A stretch of DNA of 64,000 nt from Phoronis australis (Eukaryota > Animalia > Phoronida): contig NMRA01000243.1 of the NCBI GenBank assembly GCA_002633005.1, forward strand, positions 526,140 to 590,139, in the 5' to 3' direction. Below, piece after piece: positions 51,555-62,664 of the stretch. The notes below the pieces were generated by a model. It was given only the letters and a program-made list of their open reading frames with translations, searched no databases and had not been told where the DNA came from. The first letter of the stretch is position 1, and each line of letters starts with the position of its first letter. The position numbers and the translations under genes are program-made.

Positions 51555-52328
51555 TAAACCAAACTATCGAGGACTAAAACGGGTGTTTTTTTTCTATCAA
51601 ATTGGCTTCCGGAATTGAATTCTCCAAGAAAAATTTTGTTATTGTTGTTTGTTCCCGAAAAAATATCATTACGATAAATTAGCCAAATACGATGTCATTG
51701 TTATGCTTACCAAGGGTGTTTACTGTAGTGCCGGATACACAATTGGTTTATGACCTGCGAGTGTCAAAAGATTACACGAACACTTTAACAATAAAAAAAC
51801 TTGTTACCTGATCCTGGAAACACATTCCGTCTGGAATTAAAACTGTATGCTGTATATCTTTGACTCATGTTAAAAAAACGTGGAAAGCACACAGGGACAC
51901 ATATGTAAATTCGACCTGGTACATTTGATAGAATTTCATTCACATAATCCGAGAAAGAATGCGTTAAATGTGTGAACGGTTTTACTCCGTGTGACAAATA
52001 TCATGCAAACTCATGAAATATGACGTCGCTTTCGTAAAATGTAACAAAGGTACATTTCTCGCATGTGCATTCGACGTAAAATGTAAGAACTCGTTACATT
52101 TTAACAGAGGCCTAGCAATGACATAAAGTGTAACAGTTGTTACATTTTATGAAACTGTTACATTAAACTGTTACATTTTACGGTGTATCAGTGGGGTATA
52201 CGGAAATATGGTGTCAATTTTTAGGTTCTCAGAGGGTTTGCTAGTTGTGTTCTTAAAGATCAGTCAGAACATAAATATGGCTTTCGGTGACAAGATATAG
52301 TAACAGAACAATTCCGTAAAGTTAAGTC

Positions 52329-52334
52329 TTTATT
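52329..52334 (-). terminator. Candidate AATAAA polyadenylation signal of the mosaic membrane-collagen gene
   Basis: TTTATT on + strand, ~540 nt beyond the stop at 52870, after a U-rich 3' region. Confidence 0.4.
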
Positions 52335-52869
52335 TCAGTAAGTAATTTACAACAATCCAATTAAATATTATAGAAAATGTGCCAAAACGTCCGACATTTA
52401 GGTCGCTTGACTCTATTATAAGTATGATAGACCTACGAGTCAATTACTGAGAATGGAATGTACCGTAAGAGAGTGCAGTGAAAACATCACATGCATGAAT
52501 ACAACAATTCTTTTTCAAGTGTGGGCACAAAAACAGTCGTCTTATACAAGGCGCCAGCACGTGAATCCGGGAATCCACGAGACTTTGTGGGGATTGAAAG
52601 AAGAAAGGAATACAATTTTAACTTCATACAAAACAATCTCTCAGATGCCAAACACTCAATAACAAAACTCAACCACATTCATTGAGAAGAACAGTGTATA
52701 AACGATTTGTAAACGATCTACACAGATATATAAACATACAATAAAATAAACTGAGACGAAATAAACTTAATTCATTTCTACACATGGCGTAACGCTCTAT
52801 AAATCTAAACTTCTATACAATTTCATTAATCTCATTAGCGAATACATCCTGTAAAACTTTTGACGAAAC

Positions 52870-53093
52870 TCAAGCAAAGACCAGAGGTCTGTCTGTATAA
52901 GCATAATAAGGATTCGTTCTCTCGACCCCTTGGAAATAATGACTTCGAAGTTTCTTTTCATGACGATTACGACTACGATATATGACCATGATGGCTGTGA
53001 GTACGATAATTATAATGGTTAAAAGAATGACCCAGATGAGGAGGCCGATTATTACGTCACTATAGACCATCGTTGCGTTGGACGCCGCCGGAC
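52870..53093 (-). CDS. Mosaic receptor, last exon: TM helix and short cytoplasmic tail with NPxY
   Basis: Acceptor tctttccag|GT (phase 1). VIIGLLIWVILLTIIIIVLTAIMVIY is followed by the basic stop-transfer RSRNRHEKK, then TNPYYAY and LVFA*. Confidence 0.88.
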
Positions 53094-53808
53094 CTGGAAA
53101 GACAGAACAATATTGGTGATGGTGGTGGTGATGATTCTGTTCTTTAATCACTTATCATCACACAAACAAAGCAGTATACAAGACAGTATAATGTACAGTG
53201 AAGTTAAGCAGGGCGAACGGAACTGATGGCGTGGATAAAATATACAGAAAAACGTGAATACTAATTCCCCCCTTGACGCCGGAACGTCGTTTCTGGATTA
53301 GAAATATGTTTAATATGTTAATTAATATTTCCAGCGTAGCTGCCAGGTTAAAAACTGGTCTGATTTTGTACATGGATTGAAAGTTATTAACGACAAAAAG
53401 CCATTCCACCTCTAAAAGACTTGGCTCAAATGTGGATCCCACAGTGTGTTCACTGAATATTATAGGAAGTTCCATTTTGCTCATGGAATTTGATGACTTA
53501 GTTATATTTGTAGAGCAATTTTGGTCACGCGGCAAAAGTTCCTTAAGGGACGCGCGATGCCACTTATTTAACCGATTGGTGCCATGATGTTGGGCGGCCT
53601 CATCAAGACAAAAAGTACAGCCTGGAGACAGCCCAGATTTACAAAATGAAATCACAAGCATCTAGCTGGTGGTATTTTAAGCCGCATAGGTTAGTCACAT
53701 TTGGCGTGCATTGTCAGAGATTTCGAACACGTAGCCTTTTATTTGATTGTTGTTTATTGAAATGTGATCTCTCAACAGCCCGGGCTCGAGTACTGACAGA
53801 AATCGTAC

Positions 53809-53922
53809 CTGTTGCACCACCGGTACTCGGTTTAAATTCCAAGCAAATATGTCCGCCTTCAGTATTGATACACTGCTGCGACTTCTCACACGTGGCGCTG
53901 TTAAGCTCACATTCATCGATGT
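53809..53922 (-). CDS. Mosaic receptor, third Ca-EGF module (truncated, 4 Cys) and linker
   Basis: Acceptor ttacag|, donor G|gtacga, phase 1-1. DIDECELNSATCEKSQQCINTEGGHICLEFKPSTGGAT. Confidence 0.88.
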
Positions 53923-54249
53923 CTGTAATTAAAGTCATAATACACGTGGAGTTACTTTGTGCTTTGCTACAATATTTATTTATCCTTAAGTCTATATTTA
54001 GCGGTCTTCACTGCAAACAAAACAAAATTCAAATGGAGATACGTGCATATGTTCATCTGCAGTTAAACTAATACAAGCGAATAAGTGCTGATGCCCATTG
54101 CAGTCTGCAAAGAACAAAGTGAATTCACAAAGGGCAGGGAAAATTTACCCATACTAGCCGTTTCGTCCAAGCCAATGAGGTTCGCAGCCCACCAAATATG
54201 CAAGTGGGGCCAACCAATGAAACAATCTAAAATCAAAACTTCGTCATAC

Positions 54250-54372
54250 CTTCGCACACGTGCTCATTTGCTGAAAGGACGAAGCCAGCCGGGCAAGAGC
54301 AGTTATGTCCGCCCTCAAAGTTGAAACAGTTGTGTTGACATCGCCCGTTTTCTGTGAGACATTCATTCACGT
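54250..54372 (-). CDS. Mosaic receptor, second Ca-binding EGF module
   Basis: 123-nt phase 1-1 exon (tttcag| ... G|gtatga). DVNECLTENGRCQHNCFNFEGGHNCSCPAGFVLSANEHVCE. Confidence 0.92.
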
Positions 54373-55448
54373 CTGAAAGTGGTAGTCGGGAGTGAAAGAA
54401 AGTGTTCGTGGTAATCCAAAGCCGTTTTCAATATTAATTACTGTGGGGATACAAAGATTTAGCCTTTGCCTGAACTCTACATAGTATGCCTTATCTGAAT
54501 GTTTTATTTTTAAACAGGATATTGAATGACATTTTAGACACTGAAAAGATACTGACAATTACGACTACTTTATCTCAAAACGGATTTTTTTACATCGACT
54601 TACAAAGACATTGTTGTCAACACCCGGCACTACGCGTGCTACCTGTTTCCCCTTCCCGGGTATTCAACCATTGTTATTTTAGTCGTGACGTCAAATGGTC
54701 ATGTTCACTGGGCCATTGCACTGAGGAATAAGGAAGCATACAGTTGTTTACAAAATATATATTTATTTTTACGAGCCGCTGTCGAAACAGTCTTGGGTTA
54801 TTTGGAAACTTGTGGATCATTTTGCACTTTTTCGCGACTCTTCGTGTCCGGAACGACCAGGCGCACAACGCATCTTCGCATTTCCATATTTATACATGTC
54901 CGTATGACCTCTGTATTACGTTTAGGCATTTGTTGACAACAGAGCCAGGCTCACGGAAACACAGCGGCATCTGGCACACACCGTGATATTCCCAAACAAC
55001 AAAAACGAACACAAAATAACTTTAGAGCACTCCTGTAAATCTTTGAAAGTCTGGGAAAAATAACGTTTGTAACTAATCCTCAAAAACCCGATGGAAAACC
55101 CCTCACGAAATCTGCTAAGTCGGCAAGCTTTGGGTGACCTAAGGCGATGGCTGTAGGGAAAACCACCCACTTTCCAACCACATAATTCATTTTGTGATAC
55201 AACGATAAAATGTGTCAGCTAATTAATGTTTTTTATCTCTCAAGGGATGGGCTAATTGTGGGCTAGTACGTAACACAACAAGTGTTCCGTTAAATCATCA
55301 AAGCGTGGCTTAAAGTATCATTTTGGTAGCATCTTGAATTACGCTTGGATGGATTTTGTGAAATCCAAATTCTACCAGTATTAAAGTGAAGGCTCTGGAA
55401 TAACAAGCCCGTCAATCAGACTCTATCATGAAGTAAGTATGAACTCAC

Positions 55449-55571
55449 CCTCGCATGATGTCATGTCAGTTCGGAGTTTGTATCCTCTGTGACACTCGCA
55501 TCTATAACTGCCGAAGATATTGACACACGTATGAGCACATCCGCCATTGTTGACCCTGCATTCGTTTATCT
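55449..55571 (-). CDS. Mosaic receptor, first Ca-binding EGF module
   Basis: 123-nt phase 1-1 exon (ttacag| ... G|gtgagt). EINECRVNNGGCAHTCVNIFGSYRCECHRGYKLRTDMTSCE. Confidence 0.92.
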
Positions 55572-56713
55572 CTGTAACAGACGGTTACCGACATTGTAAG
55601 CAAAAAGTATACTTGGTGCAAGACTTTGCTGTGATCGAGACGGACTGTGTAGTGTCATGAGCAACCTCTGAACCACCCAATCGCGTCTTTTTCTGATCCA
55701 TTAAAAGAAATACACGAGATTTGAAAAGTTGCGCTTCACGTGGAAATTAAATAAGTTGTTATTGACAATCCGATTAACAACTTTCTACTAAGGAATGCTT
55801 CTCTTCTCAAAATAGGAAGGTGCTATCATCTCTTTAATAAAAACATATTTGTCAAAATTCATGAAAATCCATGAATGCACTCCAAAAATACCGAGACGGA
55901 CACAACGAATTCGGGTAGCTGTGAATCTCGTCGACATCCGTTGTCACATTTGTACAAGTACACTTGCCAAATTTAACAAAGATCCTGCAGAGGGTTAAGG
56001 AGATTCAGCTGCGTACGTAGCAACACAAATCAACTAGGAGACGTCACAATAGTCGGCGCCGTCCGAAAATAATCGGCAGTCGTGCTTATTCCAGTAGGAA
56101 CACATATGCCAAATTTCACACTAATCTTTGGAATGGTTTGGCCAGTAGAAAGCAATGAAATTGGTCACGAGGTGGCGCACAATACGTCGATCCATCCGAA
56201 AACTAGGCGATGGCGTCGACTCTTTAATGTCCTTATCTCAAAGGGTTAATCTAGTTCAAAAACTTGAAAATATATACTGAATTAAGTAATATGTAACATG
56301 GAATAATGTCAACTTCTTTTGTGCTATCAAACTAAAAGCCTTTTGAGTACAATTTTGTACCTCGGCCAAGATCAGAAAATCATCGACTATTCCCATCTAT
56401 TTCCATGACCCGAGTTTCTTGTGCATCAGCTAAGGAACGATTCCTGAGTGACGTATTGACATCAACGTGAGCGTAAAAGCGTTGTTATTTTGTTTGGTTG
56501 TTTGTGATTCTCATTCTCGTTATTTTTGCACATAATAGAAGCAGTCTGCAAAATTTTGGACAAAACTTAGAGGATGGTGGCCGGCCAGTCAACGGGACAA
56601 CTGGCCGGACGAACGACGGGGACGACGGTACAATGCTTCCACACACAATTACTTAGGCATGTAATGTATGTATGCATGCATGCATGTATGTGAGTGCATA
56701 AAAGAGAACTCAC

Positions 56714-57065
56714 CATCACTACCAGAAGGGCCTTTAATACCTATTGGTCCTCTTGCCCCTGTGGGTCCAGTCTGGCCTTTGTCACCTTTTTCTCCAGTTG
56801 GTCCCCTGGCACCTTGACTTCCTGTTGCACCCTTAACACCAGCAACACCAGGAGGACCAACAGGTCCCGGTTGACCCTGATCACCTGTCTGACCTTTGAC
56901 TCCTTGTGCACCTGGTTGACCTGTACTACCAGTAAGGCCCTGTGGCCCAACTTGACCTGTGGGACCTTGTGGTCCTCGGTCGCCGGAAGGACCTGGAATC
57001 CCCGCGTTTCCTGTAGCACCTTGTAACCCCGGAAGGCCCGGCCCACCTTGTTCTCCCACAAGTCC
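56714..57065 (-). CDS. Mosaic receptor, collagen exon (39 Gly-X-Y triplets)
   Basis: ttgttccag|GGA ... GAT G|gtgagt. Uninterrupted GLVGEQGGP...GPSGSD. Confidence 0.95.
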
Positions 57066-57226
57066 CTGGAACAACAAGAATAGCGCTTCATGCAATCTGG
57101 ATAGGATTGAAAGAAATCATTGCTACAATAATGCGTGTGAGTTTTTGAATTGGACAAATTTCAATTACGCAAAAGCAATCGAAGAAAAGAAAACTTAAAA
57201 TATTTTGCCATGGTAGCAGTGCATAC

Positions 57227-57351
57227 CTTTTGTCCGGTGGACCCTTTCGCGCCTATCAGCCCAGGTGGTCCCACTGGACCAGGGGATCCTTTTGAGCCGG
57301 TAGAACCAGGAGGTCCGGCCTCTCCCACAGGACCTATGACAGTTATTGGTG
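57227..57351 (-). CDS. Mosaic receptor, linker plus first 12 Gly-X-Y triplets
   Basis: ttccag|CA (phase 1) ... AAG|gtatgc (phase 0). [18 protein letters not shown]...GQK. Confidence 0.92.
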
Positions 57352-58125
57352 CTGGAATGGTCAAGTGAAAAACAATAAACAGGCTGAAACTGAACTGCAA
57401 GACCGCAATCAATTTGACAACAACCTAAATCTTACTTTCATAGAGCGCGAGCTAAGTTTTTATCATGCTGTCGTCACATAGGGCATCAGCTAACAATGAG
57501 CTTCATGAAAGCATATTGTCACCGGATTTTCGACTAGTTTAAGGTTACCTCAAACTTTATTTAGTGCAAGACACGCCAGTAAAAGTATGTGTTTTCATTT
57601 TTAAGAAAGGAACATTCATACATGTAGCAAAATAACCCTTGGTGGATTTAGATGAAACCTTTTTTAATTAAAAACGTCACTATTTACCTAAAATATTGAT
57701 AGTAATATTCTAGTACTCACTTAGTTTGGTTTCTATGCCAAATTACCTCGCAAAACCTAATCGTATTCGCCTATTTTACGGTACAAGAAAACTAGACGTT
57801 TACAGGGATATTCGTGACCAGGTTTAAACCTGTGCACTTTGAGCGCACCTGATGACAAAGGTGTCTTTTTAAAAAAATTGTACCCAGTAGATTTATTGTA
57901 ATTAAAGTGGTTACATATGAAACAGAAACCCCAAGTGCAATCGAAATAAGAATAGAGTCATGCAAATGTTTAACGGGGATATCCCTGACCAGGTTTGAAC
58001 CTGTGCCTTTTTATTTTTTCATGCGCCAATGACGCAAAGGCGCGGTTTAAGAATATCCCTTCGCTTAAAACAAAAATCCTTTGCTTAATTATTTGGTGAA
58101 GACTCGTTTTTGGTCAATACAACCC

Positions 58126-59212
58126 TTATATACCCTGTTCTTTATTTCAACATTCACCCCCAATGGCAACTGAATTTGCAATGCGCAAGTAACTTGGCTA
58201 TCAACATAAAACGTGTTATTCTGTAAGTCGGTTTTCAATGCCTCGAGACAAATTAGGTCAGAGGAGCAGATAACATTAGTAGGTCAACAGCGCATTGTGG
58301 TAAATAACTCAAGAAACAACCAACTGCGAAATGGAGAATCGAAATCGAAACGGCGAAACGTAAGTAACTGATGAAGCGAAGGAATTTTGGTCTTCGTTTT
58401 CCGTTGCACACCTCGCTGATTCTCTATTATGGCGACTCAGTGAATATGAAAGGACATTCAATTGTGGGCCTGATCACGATAAAAAGAAAAACCTGCTAGC
58501 TAATAGGCCTTTTGCGAGTTTATAACAATAACGCGAGATTATGTGAGACTTAACTGTGACGTCACGGGAAGTGGGGCAAAAGCTTGTCGTTTGGTCATTT
58601 GCCCAACACGGTAGCAGAGTGTATTCTGTTATTGTCTTCGAGTTTTTAGCCGTTTAGTTCGAAAAATGCCCAAAAGCATTGCTGTTATGGCAAATGAACT
58701 TCAGATTCGCATTACAATACGTCATTTTCTATCGCGTTCTGTACTAATTTCGTCCCGTGTATTTTAAACGGGCGGTAGGCGAAATCCGCTCATTGGTAAA
58801 GTTTTCACCTCGTCGAAAATACATNTTATATACCCTGTTCTTTATTTCAACATTCACCCCCAATGGCAACTGAATTTGCAATGCGCAAGTAACTTGGCTA
58901 TCAACATAAAACGTGTTATTCTGTAAGTCGGTTTTCAGTGCCTCTAGACAAATTAGGTCAGAGGAGCAGTTAACATTAGTAGGTCAACAGTGCATTGCGG
59001 TAAATAACTCAAGAAACAACCAACTGCGAAATGGAGAATCGAAATCGAAACGGCGAAACGTAAGTAACTGATGAAGCGAAGGAATTTTGGTCTTCGTTTT
59101 CCGTTACACACCTCGCTGATTCTCTATTATGGCGACTCAGTGAATATGAAAGGACATTGAATTGTGGGATATACAGCCTGATCACGATAAAAAGGAAAAT
59201 CTGCTAGCTAAT
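58126..59212. repeat. Near-identical ~380-bp duplication either side of an assembly gap (N at 58825); probably uncollapsed haplotypes
   Basis: 58126-58504 and 58826-59212 differ by only a few substitutions and a small indel. The second copy starts immediately after the N. Confidence 0.85.
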
Positions 59213-59665
59213 TTCTGGACTGGTCATGAGATGTCTGAACAGTCGTCTTGCGAGCATTCACACGCACAATTGCTCGAGACCTTCGAGCAAGCGATGGTTA
59301 ATGGGATCTTGTCAAACGTTATGGCATCAACCGATAATCTTTACATTTTGGACCTTTTACCTGGCAGAAGAAACGACACGGCTCACAGCAGCGCGTGTTT
59401 AGGCATGTTTCCATAGTTTCTGTACTTCAAGGCTTGGAATGACCAATGACAAAAAGAGGAAAATTTTCCACAAGTAAATAGGCTAGTGTGAAATAAATAT
59501 TTTTGTCTTGAAAATTTTAAGTGAAATATAGGCTTTTCCATGAAAAAAATCAAATAATGATGAAAGAGACGAAAAACGAGAAAACTGGAAATCTCATAAG
59601 AGGAAATCAAAACCAAAAAAAGAAAATCCTCTTAAAAGAGAAAAATTCCAAGCCCTGGTACTTAC

Positions 59666-59722
59666 TTGTGGTCGGTGGCGAACTCTTGCAGTCTTCATCA
59701 GTTCGGCCATCGAGATCATTAT
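59666..59722 (-). CDS. Mosaic receptor, acidic-repeat exon (DNDLDGRTDEDCKSSPPTT)
   Basis: 57-nt phase 1-1 exon, ctttgcag| ... A|gtaagt. Confidence 0.88.
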
Positions 59723-60356
59723 CTGCAAAGAAGTTGATCACATAAATGGATTTTAAACAATTGAAAAAATCAAGCATAATTACGCCAATCAGCTGAATGG
59801 TAGAAAATGATATCTTGCAGAATGCCGTCCTTTTGAATTCGATGCATTTTAGCTAAGTAAAGACGTAGATGTTCCGATGACGACACGATGGTTGAACAAG
59901 AGCGCTATTTAGATGCTGATGGAAGGTTTCGACTGTGTGCTTTCTGTTATCATCAACGAGGTTTCGAATGCTATTTTAACTAAAAAGACATGGTCACGCT
60001 ACCGAATTAATGACAGGCTAATAAAAGTCAAATTTTACAGTTTTTTTACTTTAGAAAATTGATACATTTACTCAGTTAAAATTTATAATTTTGTAGATAC
60101 TTTGCTAAATAAACAGACACGTCAATAAGGTTCTACGTAGCTTAAAGAGACACTTTTCCCAAGGAGTACTAGCGCAGTTTAAAGTTATTGAGAAGCAAAA
60201 TATGTACACCAAAGCAATTTGGAGCATTATGTTCTTCAATCTTTTAAGCTAGATTGTGTTCATTCAAGGAGAATCCCTCTATATTACACAAGATAGTGCT
60301 ATTATTACATAAAGTTCTCGTTGGTGTGTTATTGTGTAAACGAAGACTGAGCTTAC

Positions 60357-60441
60357 CGCTGCCGTCACAATATTCTTCGTCAATATTTCCGTCACAGTCA
60401 TTATCGACTCCGTCATCCACAACTTGAGCAGAAGGAATGCA
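60357..60441 (-). CDS. Mosaic receptor, acidic-repeat exon (CIPSAQVVDDGVDNDCDGNIDEEYCDGS)
   Basis: 85-nt phase 0-1 exon, tttcag| ... G|gtaagc. Confidence 0.9.
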
Positions 60442-60832
60442 CTGAAATTTGAAACAGTAAATCAGTACACTTGGTGGTGAGATTTTCAGGTTGGCTACTA
60501 GAAATAAACGAAACTTCCAAGTGTCACAAAATCTCTTGGTTTTTATTGAGAGGTAAACAAAACAACGTTTAAGGCCTCGAGCTTGTCGACTTTGTCAGTG
60601 GAATTGTCAAGTCTTTTATCACATGCAGTCAACACCCATTTGTTTGATATCAATCTTAGTGTCAATGTTGAGAACAACAAGCAAACCTATCTTTCTACAT
60701 GGTGTTCGCTTTTCGATTTCCAGTGTATCAAAGTTGGGTTTCTGTGATAATCTTAAAAAAAACATCGCCAGAGGGCATTGATATAATTAGTGCAACATCA
60801 TTTTAAATTTTGAAGCAATTGGGAAAACTCAC

Positions 60833-60879
60833 GACAAATGTGCGGCAATCTTCGTCAACGAGACCGTCCAAGTCATCAT
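60833..60879 (-). CDS. Mosaic receptor, acidic-repeat exon (DDDLDGLVDEDCRTFV)
   Basis: 47-nt phase 1-0 exon, cattttag| ... GTC|gtgagt. Confidence 0.88.
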
Positions 60880-61230
60880 CTAAAATGTAAGTTATAATTT
60901 AAAGGTTTTCATACAAATGCATGTCTGTGTGTTGCAACCAAACTGGAGGCGGGTAGTGACTAACAAGAATATTATCCTTGGCCTGTGTACTTTCTTAAAT
61001 CTCCTCAGATGAAAATGATTTGAGTGAGATTGCGACAGTATTTTGGGTACCTAGCTACAAATGGTGAAGGCAAATTTTTAATACCGGGTATCATAGCATC
61101 GTAACAAGCAATCTTTAAAACTACACCTTCCCCACTATACAGTAAAACAAGTTTGACAGGGCTCAGATATTTTGCAACTACATTTTAAGTCGACTTTTAC
61201 ATAATGTGTAGTAAGAAGGAAGCATTTTAC

Positions 61231-62664
61231 CTAGATTGTTGCAATATTCTTCATCAATTCTTCCGTCGCAGTCGTTGTCAATGCCGTCATCTGTCGACTG
61301 TGAAGTCTTGTTGCAAAAGTTCATAATCTTTAGCTGAGTTCCGATTGGAAACAAATAGCTTTCTTTATCGGCTGTGCCGTAGAGCCAAGCCCCGAATACG
61401 GCTGAAGGCGAGACATGTCTGACATGGTGAGCACCGCTGGCGACAACCACATATCCTTCAACAAAAGACGATCCCGGTACTTGCTTCCACACTATGTCTC
61501 TAGTAGCCCTTTGTGCAACGGCATTCAAAGGTTCCCCATCAAGTCTCAAGCCATCTTTGATGGAATCATCAATCACTAACTGCAAAAATGTGGTGTAGTC
61601 TACACCAGTGGCGTTGCCGGAATAAGTGGGTGTCGCGAAACTATAGTCTCGACTCCACTGCTCAGAAGGAGATACAACAGTCATTGCGGGATCTGCAGGT
61701 TCGCTAGTGGATAACTGGCTATAAACTATCTTAACGACCAGAACCGGCTTGTCGGCAAGTATGAGCGCCACCTGGTTAGATGGCAACAATTTTTCAACAA
61801 AGTCGCCGGGCTGACTGAGTGTATAATTAGGCTGACCGGTGACGAATAAAGTCGTTTTCTCGTGGCTGGCTATTATGCGATAGATATCCCCAGTTGTCCT
61901 ACCAGGAGTTGGCACCGCAGCGAAAGTCCTACCCCATGACTGGACTGGAGGCATCTGTTCAACCAGGTGATCTCTTGAAATGCCTTGGCCAACGTTTGTG
62001 CGCACGTTGCCGCTAAAGACGGCCACGGGTGCGGAGCTGTCGATGAAAGTTCCTGTCAGATCACCTGTAGTCTGTAGCTGAAGGGTGTCGTATCTATTGA
62101 TGGTGACTCTCATGATGTCGCCGGCTCTGAATGTCTTGCCTTCGTAAGATACGACAGGTGGACTAACATCAGACTGCGGAAGACGGATGCGAACGGATGT
62201 GCCGTCAGAAACACCGACAACAACTAACTGTGTCCTCAGAGTAGCCGGCCAATAAGAAGCTGTGTAGTACTGTTTGCCTAGAACATCTGTCGGGATGGCC
62301 AGGAAACCATCATTTGAGAATTGCTCCATGTTAACACCAAACACAACGGCATCGCTTGACGTCTTCACTAAAACTGCTTTTGACCCGAGAGTAGTCCCAA
62401 TTATTCTCAGGGAAGGATCAATGAAAAATTTCCTGATTTCGCCAGCTTTGAGTGTCGTTTTGATATCAATTGCCGGGGAACTCCATTTTGGTGACGAGAT
62501 ATGCACATCTATGGATTCGTTTCGACTTGGAGTAATGTACAATTCAAGCGGAAACCCGACGGGATTCTCAACGGTGTTTTCCATAAAAGCCACTAAAAAT
62601 TCCCTTCCAACTGAGTCAGGACCAGCTTTGCAGTCTTCGTCAATTAGCCCGTCGCCGTCATTGT
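61231..62664 (-). CDS. Mosaic receptor, 1434-nt exon: IgGFc-binding protein N-terminal domain flanked by acidic DxDxDG repeats; gene continues 5' of this exon
   Basis: tgttttctag|AC ... CTA G|gtaaaa, phase 1-1. Motifs GREFLVAFMEN, SNDGFLAIPTDVLGKQYY, DLTGTFIDSSAPVAVFSGN, DHLVEQMPPVQSWG, ADPAMTVV and FGAWLYG...ESYLFPIG are hallmarks of the FCGBP N-terminal (IgGFc_binding) domain. Confidence 0.93.

Larger units (their letters stand above)
49560..52190. mobile_element. Pair of ~165-bp inverted repeats (49560-49728 and 52016-52190) built from TGTTACATTTT units; possible 2.6-kb non-autonomous element
   Basis: CACATGCGAGAAATGTACC..TGTTATATTTTACGAAAGCAACGTCATATT on the left is the reverse complement of AATATGACGTCGCTTTCGTAAAATGTAACA..GGTACATTTCTCGCATGTG on the right. 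Confidence 0.65.

Noticed and set aside
53118-53135. His run (HHHHHH) in ORF 52870-53151
   Set aside because: Lies upstream of the splice acceptor at 53093 and is an intronic (CAC/CAT)n repeat.
55985-56250. Two AGGGTTAA piggyBac-like right ends
   Set aside because: No matching TTAACCCT left end found nearby, so no element could be delimited.
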